Positions 18,434-27,862 are shown, numbered from the stretch's first letter. The stretch: 59,313 nt of DNA from a virus (IMGVR_UViG_3300037327_000208:1-59313), one strand, 5' to 3'. Translations and numbers: made by a program. Notes: generated by a model from the letters alone, not told the origin.

Positions 18434-18479
18434 AAAAAACCCCGTTAAAGGCACTGAAATCAGGCTTTAACGGGGTTTT
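18434..18479 (-). terminator. Rho-independent terminator-like hairpin beside the att site
   Basis: AAAACCCCGTTAAAG...CTTTAACGGGGTTTT with A-tract on the left. Confidence 0.75.
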
Positions 18480-18501
18480 CGTCTATCTTCGAGTCTTTAT
18501 T

Positions 18502-18529
18502 TGGTGGAGCTGGCGGGACTCGAACCCGC
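18502..18529. repeat. att core (28-bp ssrA 3'-end copy): prophage left boundary and satellite right boundary
   Basis: TGGTGGAGCTGGCGGGACTCGAACCCGC identical to 57563..57590. Confidence 0.97.
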
Positions 18530-18576
18530 CACCTAATTTTAATAAATTACTGTTTTTTAATGAGATTATTTTTTAT

Positions 18577-19782
18577 TTATACTTTGCGTGTTGTGTGGGT
18601 GTTAATTTGTTCAGATTCTTTCTGATATGACTCTATAAACTTACCGTAGTGATTAAATAGCATCTCAGGTGATGCGTGACCCATCCAGTTCGCTAACTGC
18701 CAAATATTTACACCTGCTGATATGTGCATTGTGGCGAATGTATGCCTTGCCTGGTACGGGTATCGATACTGCACTTGCGCCTCTTTTAATATTCTGGTCC
18801 ATCTGTGCTTTCTAAAAGAATCTGGATTGATCCGGTTAAGTTCCCCATCGAGGACTCTAACCACCGTCTTGTAATTCTTGGAAAATACAAACTCACTCAT
18901 GAGATACGATTTAGGCATTTGATCTTGCAAAGCTTCTAACGCTAGATCATTTATCGGGATCGCACGTTTACCGGCTTTGCTTTTGGTTCCCTTTTCAATA
19001 CCATGAACAATTGCTGATCTAACGTTGATCACACGATTCGTAAAATCCACATCAGCCCATCTAAGTGCCGACCATTCCGAACTTCTCATGCCGGTATTAA
19101 ATAATAACTTCACTATGTTTAATTCATCAGCTCTGCAGTGATCATAAATCTTAGATACTTCATCTGGCGCAAAGGGCTTAATATCTTCATGCTCGTTCTG
19201 CAAGCTTACTTTGTTATTTTTTGCCACATAGTTTGATAGGCTTATACCATCTACAGGATTGACCGGTACTAAACCATCAGTGACCGCTTCTGCAAGTGCC
19301 GATCGTAAATAACTAAACTTGTTTCTAAGCGTCTTTGGTGAGTTACCAGACTCTTTTATAAATTGCTTTAAACGGGCAGGGGTTAGCAACTTAACTGGCA
19401 AATCATGCAGCTCAGACAATGCCAGTTTGATTTTGCGGTACCCCTCCAAAGTAGAAGGGGATAATCCGCGTTTGATTGACGATTGCTGATAATCGTCTAG
19501 GTAATCAGCAATCGTCTTATTTTCATTTACTGCATGGCCAAGCACTTTAAGTTTTGAACTGTTAGGAAAAAAATTTGCATACTTAAAAGTTTCTCGTTCA
19601 ATCTGACCTTTAATTTCACCTAATAAGTTTGATGCGTAATTAATATTTTTTTTGTTACCAGGTAAAGATATGTTCTCCCTGCAATACATACCTTTGTAAG
19701 TGAAGGCGATTTGTATTGATTCGCCGCTTTTATTCTCCCTTACGCTTACGCCGCGCGGGAGCTTCCCCCGTTCCTTACCCAT
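18577..19782 (-). CDS. int: Prophage tyrosine integrase with Arm DNA-binding domain
   Basis: LPRGVSVR..SIQIAFTYKG, TGMRSSE, YQARHTFAT, WMGH...MLFNHY. Confidence 0.95.
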   Translation of the reverse strand: MGKERGKLPRGVSVRENKSGESIQIAFTYKGMYCRENISLPGNKKNINYASNLLGEIKGQIERETFKYANFFPNSSKLKVLGHAVNENKTIADYLDDYQQSSIKRGLSPSTLEGYRKIKLALSELHDLPVKLLTPARLKQFIKESGNSPKTLRNKFSYLRSALAEAVTDGLVPVNPVDGISLSNYVAKNNKVSLQNEHEDIKPFAPDEVSKIYDHCRADELNIVKLLFNTGMRSSEWSALRWADVDFTNRVINVRSAIVHGIEKGTKSKAGKRAIPINDLALEALQDQMPKSYLMSEFVFSKNYKTVVRVLDGELNRINPDSFRKHRWTRILKEAQVQYRYPYQARHTFATMHISAGVNIWQLANWMGHASPEMLFNHYGKFIESYQKESEQINTHTTRKV

Positions 19783-19940
19783 TTCTCAACCCCTTCAAGA
19801 TCAATCCAACGTGACTTACTACCCTTTACTTTATGCCATTGTTGACCTTCTGCCCACACTCCATTGTCAATACGCTTAGTTACAGAAGTTTCTGTCTCGC
19901 CAAATTCAGCGCAATATGCCTTTATAGTTCTGACGTTCAT
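19746..19940 (-). CDS. xis: Excisionase
   Basis: 64 aa overlapping the int start; YC...GET..SV..RI..GVW.EG..W, WIDLEGVEKW. Confidence 0.85.
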   Translation of the reverse strand: MNVRTIKAYCAEFGETETSVTKRIDNGVWAEGQQWHKVKGSKSRWIDLEGVEKWVRNGGSSRAA

Positions 19941-20143
19941 ACGGCCTCCAAATCTTCTTCGTCTGACTCGTAAAAATCAGCTTTTATCGATGTTACTTTC
20001 AACTGAACCTGCAGTTCTTTGCCTTCAAGCAGCACACGGCCTAGTGAAACCCAATTATCTTGGTGGTTACCTTCGATCATTTCTGCAATCAAGCTATCAA
20101 TATTATCTACTGCAAGCTCTGCCACTTCACGAGCGCCGCTCAT
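19937..20143 (-). CDS. Hypothetical phage protein
   Basis: ATGA-coupled ORF in the leftward operon. Confidence 0.75.
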   Translation of the reverse strand: MSGAREVAELAVDNIDSLIAEMIEGNHQDNWVSLGRVLLEGKELQVQLKVTSIKADFYESDEEDLEAV

Positions 20144-20592
20144 GCTGCTAACTCCTCAAAAGCGCCATACTTCTCAAACAAGTCGTAAGCTTGGGCTTCA
20201 CTAAAATCATGGCCAGTCGGTGATGCTATCCAACCAAACCCGCATAGGTGAGACTGGTTGAAGCCGCGTAATATTTTTTGATGCTCGGTGTTTAAGCGTT
20301 CTATCAATTCAGATTGCAGGTAAGGCTTATCGGATATTACAATTTTTGATTTTGTGTAGTTCTGACTGCCGTTAATACCAAACGCTGCCATGTAGATTGA
20401 CCAGTTGAAGCGCGTCAAAGTTAGTGTTTCATGTATTGCGCTGCTTACCTGAACTTCTTCACCTGTCAACTTTGAAAGCCTGCACAAACCGCCCTGGTTG
20501 TTTACATTGATGATGCAATATTTGGCCAGCGTGTTTTTGGTTCGTATTGCCGAGACACGATTAGGGTTGTATTTTTTATTCCGCGTCTTCAT
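20140..20592 (-). CDS. Hypothetical phage protein
   Basis: RBS GGAG; RNKKYNP N-terminus common in phage proteins. Confidence 0.8.
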   Translation of the reverse strand: MKTRNKKYNPNRVSAIRTKNTLAKYCIINVNNQGGLCRLSKLTGEEVQVSSAIHETLTLTRFNWSIYMAAFGINGSQNYTKSKIVISDKPYLQSELIERLNTEHQKILRGFNQSHLCGFGWIASPTGHDFSEAQAYDLFEKYGAFEELAA

Positions 20593-20663
20593 GTTTATAT
20601 TTCACTCCTAGAACGTGAATATTTATAATTAATTCGAGCACTTGCGTTTGCCTTGGTGTCAGT

Positions 20664-20897
20664 TTAATCATTGAAAACGTCCTCACCTTTAGCGTGTCTG
20701 TGTCTAAGTAAAATGACACTTATTCCGCGATGCTTTAAAATTGCTAAGATTGCAGACTCTTTACAATCAAAATGTAACGCTAGTTGCTTCATGCGATAAC
20801 CTTGAATGACAACAAGTGTTTTTATTTCGTTTATCTTGCTATCCCAATAAACTTTCTTTTGTCGGATAACTTTGTTTGGACTATTTGTAATTGTCAT
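20664..20897 (-). CDS. Hypothetical phage protein, HTH-like
   Basis: MKQLALHFDCKESAILAILKHRGI resembles an HTH. Confidence 0.65.
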   Translation of the reverse strand: MTITNSPNKVIRQKKVYWDSKINEIKTLVVIQGYRMKQLALHFDCKESAILAILKHRGISVILLRHRHAKGEDVFND

Positions 20898-21439
20898 GCT
20901 GCTAATACCTCAGTGGAACCTAAACTCAACAACTCATTTCTATCGATTAAACGAATAAAACAAGGCATTGATGAAGGTCGGAAAATTACGAACATTGAGC
21001 CCTTAGTATTTCCATTCACTTTTTTACCAGTTACAGGATGATAAAAACTAAGTCGGCCACCTGTCACAACTCTGATTTCTGATATTGAATGTAATGGCAA
21101 CCATTGAGCGTCAAGGGTGGCGGGTACCAGCATTACAGTTGTTACACCTTTTGCTTTTTGCTCAATGGCTTTATTCATAAATTTCTGAATATATCCTCTG
21201 CCGTAGGGCGGGTTTACCCATACGCTTTTTATTTCTGACCAGTTAAATTTTAGTTCCCAATCCACCGTTAAAGCGTTTTGCTCTTTAGTTAAGTAATTGG
21301 GTACCAGATGGTTTTTATCGCTAGCCGCAGCATCTAACCCAAAGTTAAATTCTTTATTCATGGCGTTAAATACAACAGGGTCAGTACCCCAACTATTTTT
21401 CATATCATCGTCTAAATCTGAACTTACTAAGTCGCTCAT
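20894..21439 (-). CDS. Phage DNA N6-adenine methyltransferase (Dam_phage family)
   Basis: WGTDP..F, FGLDAAAS, VWVNPPYG, GRLSF motifs. Confidence 0.92.
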   Translation of the reverse strand: MSDLVSSDLDDDMKNSWGTDPVVFNAMNKEFNFGLDAAASDKNHLVPNYLTKEQNALTVDWELKFNWSEIKSVWVNPPYGRGYIQKFMNKAIEQKAKGVTTVMLVPATLDAQWLPLHSISEIRVVTGGRLSFYHPVTGKKVNGNTKGSMFVIFRPSSMPCFIRLIDRNELLSLGSTEVLAA

Positions 21440-21696
21440 GCTTTATCCTTACTGATGTTATCAATCACATCACTTTCAAGCTTGCGATACGCTTTATTCA
21501 TTGCTTTTACGCCACGCTCAAAACCTTGCTGGCTAATTCCGTTGGTCGTGTAAGCTAAAGCTGCCGGGTAGTTAAGAATTAAATGCTCAGTAATTGCATT
21601 CACTAAGCCCTCACTCTTAATCCTGGTTGCAGCCAAGACGGAATTAATCGTCTTAGCTGTTTCCATGCCTTGTATTAATGTGATTGAAGGGTTCAT
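21436..21696 (-). CDS. PapB/FocB-like small DNA-binding regulator
   Basis: ATRIKSE.L..AI.EHLI.......A....GISQ..F pattern. Confidence 0.6.
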   Translation of the reverse strand: MNPSITLIQGMETAKTINSVLAATRIKSEGLVNAITEHLILNYPAALAYTTNGISQQGFERGVKAMNKAYRKLESDVIDNISKDKA

Positions 21697-22002
21697 CTAA
21701 GCCGCAAAATCACGTTTATTTTCTCTGGCCTGCGCTTCTTTCATGCTTTTAAGCTTCGCCACATCTACAGAAAGATTGTTTTTAAAGTCTTCGAGATAAC
21801 TATTGTCTCGTTTAACCTTTGCTTCAAGCCAAGCAACACCAGCATCAATATTGGTGGGAAAACTACCAAGAAATGTGTTTTTCCCATAAATAGATAACCA
21901 CGTTTGGAATTTATCCCTATTATTCCTTACACCAGGCAAAAGGTTGTCGGAAGGTGCTAAAACTCTTGGCCTCAAGTTTGCGATTGTGATTTTATTAGCC
22001 AT
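21697..22002 (-). CDS. AP2-domain-like DNA-binding protein
   Basis: PGVR..RDKFQ.W...YGK..FLGSF.T..DA..AW. Confidence 0.65.
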   Translation of the reverse strand: MANKITIANLRPRVLAPSDNLLPGVRNNRDKFQTWLSIYGKNTFLGSFPTNIDAGVAWLEAKVKRDNSYLEDFKNNLSVDVAKLKSMKEAQARENKRDFAA

Positions 22003-23816
22003 TACGCAGCCTCACCACTTGCATACTGACGAGCCATTGCTAGAGCATGTTTCTTGGGCTCTATTATTATTTTTGTTTCTTTTTGCCCCGCTAGATAACC
22101 GGCTGCGAAAGCGGCTTCAATTAACGATGGCAAACGGCCAAAAACACTCTTAGTTAAACCGTTAGCGGTGTTAGGAGTAGACGCAGGAGCAACAGGAGTA
22201 TCTACAGACTCACTGGTTGTATGGTTGTTGCCAGTGCGTTGGGTTAAGCGTTCGTCACTGATACCTCTTTCGTATGCGCCCTCAGATTGCCTTCTGGCTT
22301 CTAACTGTTCAGCATCCTTGGTTGCTTGAGCATCTAAAAAATACGCCTCTATTTCATCAGACGATTTTTTGGCTCTTGCATTTCTTAAACTGGCTTCTTC
22401 GTCAAGTTTGGATTTTTCAGCCGCAGCCTTAGCAACATTTTCAGCATTAACCTTAGCTTGTTCAGCCGCAGCTTTAGCAGTTGCCTTGGCTTCTTCTTCA
22501 ATGCGTATCTGTTCACGTTGGGCATCCAAGCGAATCTGCTCTGCTTCTTTGTGTTCAGCTATGCGAGTTTTAACCATGGCTTGAAAATCATCGTTAGCTT
22601 TGAATGCAATGTCGCGCCAATCAGAAAACAAAAACTTAAACTCTTTGAAACTTTGCATAAACGATGCGTTTTCATTGACGATGTAAAGTTGTTCACCAAG
22701 TAATATTTTTATTTTTGAAACAGCTGTGTCTGCGGCATCCTGCAATGAATCAATAGTTTTTTTACCTTTCATTGCATTGATGATTGTAGTATTTACGCTT
22801 TTTTCGTCTACAGGAGGGTTAACACCAATTTGTGTGAAAAATTTATAATTATCGCTAACCTTTGTGGTTGCTTTAACAGCTATTGATTCGCGCAATTCTT
22901 CCTTACGCGATTTAACAAGCTTTGATTCGCGTAATCTTGATTGGCGAAGTTGCTCTTTTATTTCACGTAAGCTGTTAACGAATGCGCTAATGTCGGCAGA
23001 TTCACTTAGCGCCAACTCACAAGCATTATCACAAGCAGCTTCGCCGCGGCTAAACGTTTTTTGTCTTGCTTCTGCATCAGCAAAGTCTTGATCCGTCTGT
23101 GGCGTACCATTACTTCTTTCTATTAGTGCAAGTGCTTTAAGGTGGAAATCATCCAGGTTAGACTTTAACGCCATACCATTCATCTGGTACTTAATAGCCG
23201 GTAAGTCGCTTATTACTTCTGCTACAACCTTTTCAGCCTTAGCCTGTGGCTCATGGGTTTCTAAATCGATAGCGAACTGCGCCCAGCCTGCGATTAATTG
23301 CTCACGTCGCTCAGGTATGGAGTAGTAATACATATCAGCCCAATTTTCGTCAGTGCCATCACTGGTAACAAACAAAACTTTATCTGCGCCTGAGACTAAT
23401 AATTGATGCTCCAATTGCCAATAATAATGTGGTTCAAGTTTGTTATTTCTGACGTTTTCAGCAAGCACTTTGTTGTACAGCTTGTGTTCAAAAAGAACAT
23501 CACCAAACAATGACATACCATCAAATGAAGCAAGAAACATTGAATCTTCCAGCACACCAACTACTACTACAAAATCTTCATCTGCCACATGTTCTGCGAT
23601 AGGTCTTGCCATTTCCTCGGTAGCATGACCTTTATCAAAAAGTGACTGAGTAAAATCATTCACATCAGTCGTCCAGCCTTTTTTATGATCAAGCAACTGT
23701 GTGCGGCTAATGTTTTTATGTACGCCAAACATGGCCGATGCTTCTGAGGCGTTTTGATGATCCAAACGAAATAAAAGCCATTCTTTTGTGCCTGGAATAA
23801 GTTTTAACTTTTTCAT
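22002..23816 (-). CDS. YqaJ/lambda-exonuclease family nuclease with long coiled-coil C-terminus
   Basis: GTKEWL..R, ASEAS, GH..E..AR, ASFDG, FEHK, YYWQL.HQL.VSG. Confidence 0.9.
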   Translation of the reverse strand: MKKLKLIPGTKEWLLFRLDHQNASEASAMFGVHKNISRTQLLDHKKGWTTDVNDFTQSLFDKGHATEEMARPIAEHVADEDFVVVVGVLEDSMFLASFDGMSLFGDVLFEHKLYNKVLAENVRNNKLEPHYYWQLEHQLLVSGADKVLFVTSDGTDENWADMYYYSIPERREQLIAGWAQFAIDLETHEPQAKAEKVVAEVISDLPAIKYQMNGMALKSNLDDFHLKALALIERSNGTPQTDQDFADAEARQKTFSRGEAACDNACELALSESADISAFVNSLREIKEQLRQSRLRESKLVKSRKEELRESIAVKATTKVSDNYKFFTQIGVNPPVDEKSVNTTIINAMKGKKTIDSLQDAADTAVSKIKILLGEQLYIVNENASFMQSFKEFKFLFSDWRDIAFKANDDFQAMVKTRIAEHKEAEQIRLDAQREQIRIEEEAKATAKAAAEQAKVNAENVAKAAAEKSKLDEEASLRNARAKKSSDEIEAYFLDAQATKDAEQLEARRQSEGAYERGISDERLTQRTGNNHTTSESVDTPVAPASTPNTANGLTKSVFGRLPSLIEAAFAAGYLAGQKETKIIIEPKKHALAMARQYASGEAA

Positions 23817-24691
23817 GCTGCTTTTTCCTTATTTAATTCCATAATTTGTTTTTTAAAATAATCAGATAACGGGGCGTATTTTTCTTCCAACATATCGATT
23901 AAATCAACAGGGTCTTTGCCAGCGTTAATTGAATTTGCCCACTTATTTGCTTTTTGATTAAGTTCATCTTGAGTGAAGTCAGGCTTGTCAGCTTTGGCGG
24001 GTGCTTCACCTTCGCTTGACTCTCTTATTGGATTGACAACCTTTTCAACCGGCGCTTTTTCTGGCTCAAGTTCGTCAGAAGAATAAACACCCATAATTAC
24101 CGCAGGCGCATACAAACGAGCCCAATATTTAAGTGCCAGATAACCGCTTTGCTGTTTCGGGTTGGTTTTCCATAAAGCTGAATTTTTCGTGGTTACATCG
24201 GCAGGGTATAAACGCTCACCCCATTGAATTTTATCTTCGCCAGAAAGTATTGCGCCAACACTAACCCAACATGTTTTATCAATGGTATTACCCATATTGA
24301 CATTGACACCCGACTGAATTTTTTCTGCCGAGCCATTACCTTTAACTTCCCAGTTACCGCCATATTCATAGTGAAAGCGGCCATTGATAGCTTTAGATGA
24401 TGATATAACCGCATTAACTAGTTGCGCTTCATAGCCAAGCGTTCCGCTAACTACGTGCGTCTTTTGGGCTACTGCAAAAGGGTTCATTCTCCATTGTGCT
24501 GCTTGCATAATAATTGCCATGCAATCCGCTGGATTACCTTGTAGATGCTTTGGAACAGTCGCCTGACCGTTTGCCATTAGATTAGCTAACGTGTTCATTG
24601 ACTCCATAGCTCTATAATCTAGGATCATGTCTGTTGTGGAAACATGGGCAACGTTAGTGCCAGGTTGATTGTTTTCTGCTGAATTGCTCAC
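23813..24691 (-). CDS. recT: RecT-family single-strand annealing recombinase
   Basis: VPKHLQGNPADCMAI..QAAQWRMNPFAVAQKTH, YEAQLVNAV, WARLYAP. Confidence 0.9.
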   Translation of the reverse strand: MSNSAENNQPGTNVAHVSTTDMILDYRAMESMNTLANLMANGQATVPKHLQGNPADCMAIIMQAAQWRMNPFAVAQKTHVVSGTLGYEAQLVNAVISSSKAINGRFHYEYGGNWEVKGNGSAEKIQSGVNVNMGNTIDKTCWVSVGAILSGEDKIQWGERLYPADVTTKNSALWKTNPKQQSGYLALKYWARLYAPAVIMGVYSSDELEPEKAPVEKVVNPIRESSEGEAPAKADKPDFTQDELNQKANKWANSINAGKDPVDLIDMLEEKYAPLSDYFKKQIMELNKEKAA

Positions 24692-24819
24692 AACGTCACC
24701 TCACTTTTGGAAAATGTTAAAACCCATCCAGAGGGTCGACCCTGGACAACTAACTGCAAACCCAAACGCCTTAATATGCGTTTAGCCTGCTGCGCTTTGT
24801 GTAGCTTTTTGAATGTCAT
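24688..24819 (-). CDS. Small basic hypothetical protein (43 aa)
   Basis: Read manually: GGAG RBS, MTFKKLHKAQQAKRILRR...; GTGA overlap with recT. Confidence 0.55.
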   Translation of the reverse strand: MTFKKLHKAQQAKRILRRLGLQLVVQGRPSGWVLTFSKSEVTL

Positions 24820-24905
24820 TCTTTTAAACTCCGTACTGTTGTCTACTAACCTCTGCGTCTAAACTTCGGTTAGTAGGTGGTTGAGCCCTTTAACTAGGGC
24901 TGTTT

Positions 24906-25130
24906 TTAAGCTGCTTCTGAAACACACAACATGCTGTAAATTAAATCTAGCGTTGCTTGGTCAGGTATTAGCTGAATGATTTGCTCCGCTGTTAGCTGCT
25001 CGAAAACATGGTGCAAGTTGACACCCTCCAGCTTTGCTGAAACTTTCCCGCTATTGACTGTCAAACCTTCAATACTGCGGCACTCAATAGCAAAATCGCT
25101 ATAAGTACCTTCTGTGTTTCTAATTGCCAT
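24906..25130 (-). CDS. Hypothetical phage protein
   Basis: TAATG-coupled ORF. Confidence 0.7.
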   Translation of the reverse strand: MAIRNTEGTYSDFAIECRSIEGLTVNSGKVSAKLEGVNLHHVFEQLTAEQIIQLIPDQATLDLIYSMLCVSEAA

Positions 25131-25519
25131 TATTGACTCCCTACATTCGCTGCTTCTTCTGTTGCCCAGGTATTTGCCAGCGCCTCAATTGCTAACGTTA
25201 TGACTGCTCGACGAAGTGGAATAACGTCAAACTCGTTTTTAGTCGTCATTAGCTGATAGTGCATAGCCTCGATATTTTTGCCATCAAACGTCGCGTCAAC
25301 AATGTCCTGCTGATCTAAACAGTTGACCCTACTAGTTGGGTAAACAAGCTGGTAAAACCCGCCAGTCGTAAGCGCATTGGTTATTTCAGAGCGGAAAAAC
25401 TCGAAGTTTTGTAAATCACTGTTTTCTGGCTCAGTTGTACTGACTAACTCAACGCTAGTGCCAAAAATAGCGCTAAAACTTGAGTTTAGAATTTGATTTG
25501 ATTTGATTGCTGCGTTCAT
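25130..25519 (-). CDS. Hypothetical phage protein
   Basis: 129-aa ORF in the leftward operon. Confidence 0.75.
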   Translation of the reverse strand: MNAAIKSNQILNSSFSAIFGTSVELVSTTEPENSDLQNFEFFRSEITNALTTGGFYQLVYPTSRVNCLDQQDIVDATFDGKNIEAMHYQLMTTKNEFDVIPLRRAVITLAIEALANTWATEEAANVGSQ

Positions 25520-25521
25520 AA

Positions 25522-26277
25522 TTAAGCTACCTTGCTGAAAAATTTGTTTTGAAAGTACATCTGGCCCTTTGCTGTAATAAGCGTTTTAAACCAAAGTTGA
25601 ATTTCACCGTTCTGATCTTTGCGAGTTTTCTCTTGAAGTTTGAATAAACCTTGATCAACGTACTTCTGGTAAGGTCTATTTCTTTGACTAAAACTATCCA
25701 TCACATAACTTCCTTCACGAAGCATGGCGAAAAGCTTGTTTTGTCCTGTGCCAACTGATTTGGCAAAGTCTCTGATACAAACGCTATTGATTGAATCGTT
25801 AACCGCTTCGGCAAACGCTATTTTGGGTTGTGCGGCTTCAAGCTTTTCTGCCAAGTCAGCAGCTAAACGTAATGACTCAGCAAAACTCTTAGGCATATTC
25901 TGTTGTGATTGGTAGGTGCCAGTCTTACGAATAGAAGGAAGGACTTCACCAACCACCCAATCTTCAAACTTTTCAGCCTCTGGCATTTTCGAACGCATGA
26001 TTAAACGGTAAACGTCACGTTCTGGAATTATTTGATATTGAGTTACGGATTGATTGTGAGAATAACCAGCTGCTCTACATGCCTTGTAATCACTGGATAC
26101 TAGCAATTCGCTACCACCTATAAGTTTAACGTTCTTACAATGGTCTTGAATCGCTTCTGACGTATTTGCATAACCAAGTAGATCAGCAACATCCTTTGCA
26201 ATAAACATTGGCTCACCGTTTTGATCAATTACTCGGACTTCACTTGATTTGAATTTGAAAGGAATTACGTTGCTCAT
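25522..26277 (-). CDS. ant: Antirepressor (Bro-N plus ANT/KilAC domains)
   Basis: F.AKDVA..LGY, YRLIMRSKMPEAEKFEDWV..EVLPSIRKTG; PKSFAESLRLAADL, PYQKYVDQGLF, TAKGQ. Confidence 0.92.
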   Translation of the reverse strand: MSNVIPFKFKSSEVRVIDQNGEPMFIAKDVADLLGYANTSEAIQDHCKNVKLIGGSELLVSSDYKACRAAGYSHNQSVTQYQIIPERDVYRLIMRSKMPEAEKFEDWVVGEVLPSIRKTGTYQSQQNMPKSFAESLRLAADLAEKLEAAQPKIAFAEAVNDSINSVCIRDFAKSVGTGQNKLFAMLREGSYVMDSFSQRNRPYQKYVDQGLFKLQEKTRKDQNGEIQLWFKTLITAKGQMYFQNKFFSKVA

Positions 26278-26293
26278 TTAATTGCTCATTTAA

Positions 26294-26354
26294 GTAAAGT
26301 GCAGACTTACATTAAATATACATTACGCCTTAGTTGTGTCAAGTATAGATTTAC
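26294..26354 (-). promoter_or_regulatory. PL promoter with operator sites
   Basis: Minus strand TTGACA (26342..26337), 16 bp, TATATT; operators GTAAAGTGCAGACTTAC (26294) and GTCAAGTATAGATTTAC (26338). Confidence 0.75.
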
Positions 26355-26373
26355 AATTATTTTTAATAGGCAC

Positions 26374-26399
26374 AAAAAACCCGCTCGATTGGCGGGTTT
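26374..26399 (-). terminator. Terminator of the cI transcript
   Basis: AAACCCGC/GCGGGTTT stem followed by T-tract on the minus strand. Confidence 0.8.
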
Positions 26400-26493
26400 C
26401 TATTTTTATTTGCAGATTGTTTTGTTTTTCTTACTGAGACAAATACAATTTCTTGCGACTAAGTAAAGATGTGAATAATAAGAAAATGTGGCC

Positions 26494-26967
26494 TTAACCT
26501 TTGTTTTTAGAACTATTGTAAATCATATATTTAGCAGTCAGCGCATTTGTGACAACGATACTAAGCAAAGCATGAATGATCGCCCAAGATGCTAGAATTC
26601 CAGCGCATGCTGCAAAAACTAAAAAAAGATAAGCTGGTTGTTGTGATATCCCACCTGCAACAAAAAAGATAATAGCTAACAAAATATGTATAACAGTACT
26701 AATTACACTTAAGGTACTACCAACATTAAAGGCACTTTGAGCTTTATTTAAATCTGCTTGGTGTGGGTTTTTATTACCAGTGTTACTGGTAATTGATTCA
26801 TTCTTAGATGAAAAATTTGTATCAATCACCCACGTTTTACCTACTATTTTTCCAACATAAGTACCGTCTCGGATCATTTCTATCACCTTGCTTTCTTCCA
26901 TATTATTGGCTTTAGCAAACGACTCGGCAGTAATCAATCCTTCTGTAGATTTAATGTTTTCTGACAT
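26494..26967 (-). CDS. Membrane protein co-transcribed with cI (N-terminal HTH-like domain, two TM helices)
   Basis: AAGGA RBS before ATG 26967; two long hydrophobic segments; rex-like position. Confidence 0.8.
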   Translation of the reverse strand: MSENIKSTEGLITAESFAKANNMEESKVIEMIRDGTYVGKIVGKTWVIDTNFSSKNESITSNTGNKNPHQADLNKAQSAFNVGSTLSVISTVIHILLAIIFFVAGGISQQPAYLFLVFAACAGILASWAIIHALLSIVVTNALTAKYMIYNSSKNKG

Positions 26968-26978
26968 TGTTATTCCTT

Positions 26979-27785
26979 TTAATTCCAAATGCTTGACGAC
27001 CAAAACACACGGCCAATAATATTCACAAGCTCACGATTACCTAATTTTAAAATTTCGTCTGGATGCTCTGATCCATTAAAACTATTAATTCTCAACCCTC
27101 CACCTGGCAACATATATAAACGCTTAATACGCAATAAACCATCATGGTTAATTGCATAGGTCTTTCCGTCAACTACGCGTTTATCGCCTAGGTTAACACC
27201 AACAACATCACCGTCAAGCAGACGAGGCTCCATACTATTCCCTGAAATTTTTACGCAAGCTGCATTAGATGGATCTACTCCGCAATTTCTTAGAGTTGAT
27301 TTGCTAAACCTTAATTTAGGTCCATGATTTTCTTGAGTCAATTCCGAGCCTGCTCCTGCTGCTAATTCTACATCCATAAAAAATGGTAGTTCCACTTCAT
27401 CATCGTCTAGTGGTGTAGAGCTATCCCAAGAATCAATATGACCGAGATTGAGGCCTACTGGAATGTCTTGCCTTAAATTTTTTCTAATTACCTGCAATGA
27501 ACTATTAGTTTTACCAGCTCTAAGTTCAGAACTTGTCGTTCCTTTTCTTTCTGTAAATTCTGCACCAAAAACTTTATCCGGTATCGGTCTGTCAAGATAC
27601 GCGCTGATTTTTCTAAAATGCCTTTTATCAACTTTTCCATATTTACTCCAGTCTCCAACAGCTTGACGAGTCACGTCACACAAGTCAGCAAGGTGAGACT
27701 TCTTTTTGCTTTTGTCTGAGAAGCCTTCAGTAAGCCATTTTGCAATGGCTTTTTCTTCTTCTGTGGGGGATTTTATTCTATTCAT
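26979..27785 (-). CDS. cI: CI-like repressor (HTH plus S24 peptidase)
   Basis: LADLCDVTRQAVGDW HTH; AAGAG cleavage site; GNSMEP and IKRL catalytic Ser/Lys. Confidence 0.93.
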   Translation of the reverse strand: MNRIKSPTEEEKAIAKWLTEGFSDKSKKKSHLADLCDVTRQAVGDWSKYGKVDKRHFRKISAYLDRPIPDKVFGAEFTERKGTTSSELRAGKTNSSLQVIRKNLRQDIPVGLNLGHIDSWDSSTPLDDDEVELPFFMDVELAAGAGSELTQENHGPKLRFSKSTLRNCGVDPSNAACVKISGNSMEPRLLDGDVVGVNLGDKRVVDGKTYAINHDGLLRIKRLYMLPGGGLRINSFNGSEHPDEILKLGNRELVNIIGRVFWSSSIWN

Positions 27786-27820
27786 AATCGCAATTATGCT
27801 TTGAACTTAAATCAAATAAA

Positions 27821-27862
27821 ACCAATCCCCACTTGACATATGTAAAGTGCAGACTTACATTA
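27821..27862 (+). promoter_or_regulatory. PR promoter and OR operator
   Basis: TTGACA (27833), 17 bp, TACATT (27856); 21-bp GTAAAGTGCAGACTTACATTA (27842..27862) identical to 26294..26314. Confidence 0.82.

Larger units (their letters stand above)
2018..18518. mobile_element. Capsid-less phage-satellite-like island (PICI/PICMI-like core) integrated at ssrA, with defence cargo
   Basis: 19-bp direct repeats, matching arm-type repeats at both ends, P4-family int, alpA, primase, DUF3631-like gene. Confidence 0.9.

Noticed and set aside
18502-18529. tRNA gene
   Set aside because: Only the T-arm and acceptor 3' fragment of tmRNA duplicated by integration; no 5' half.
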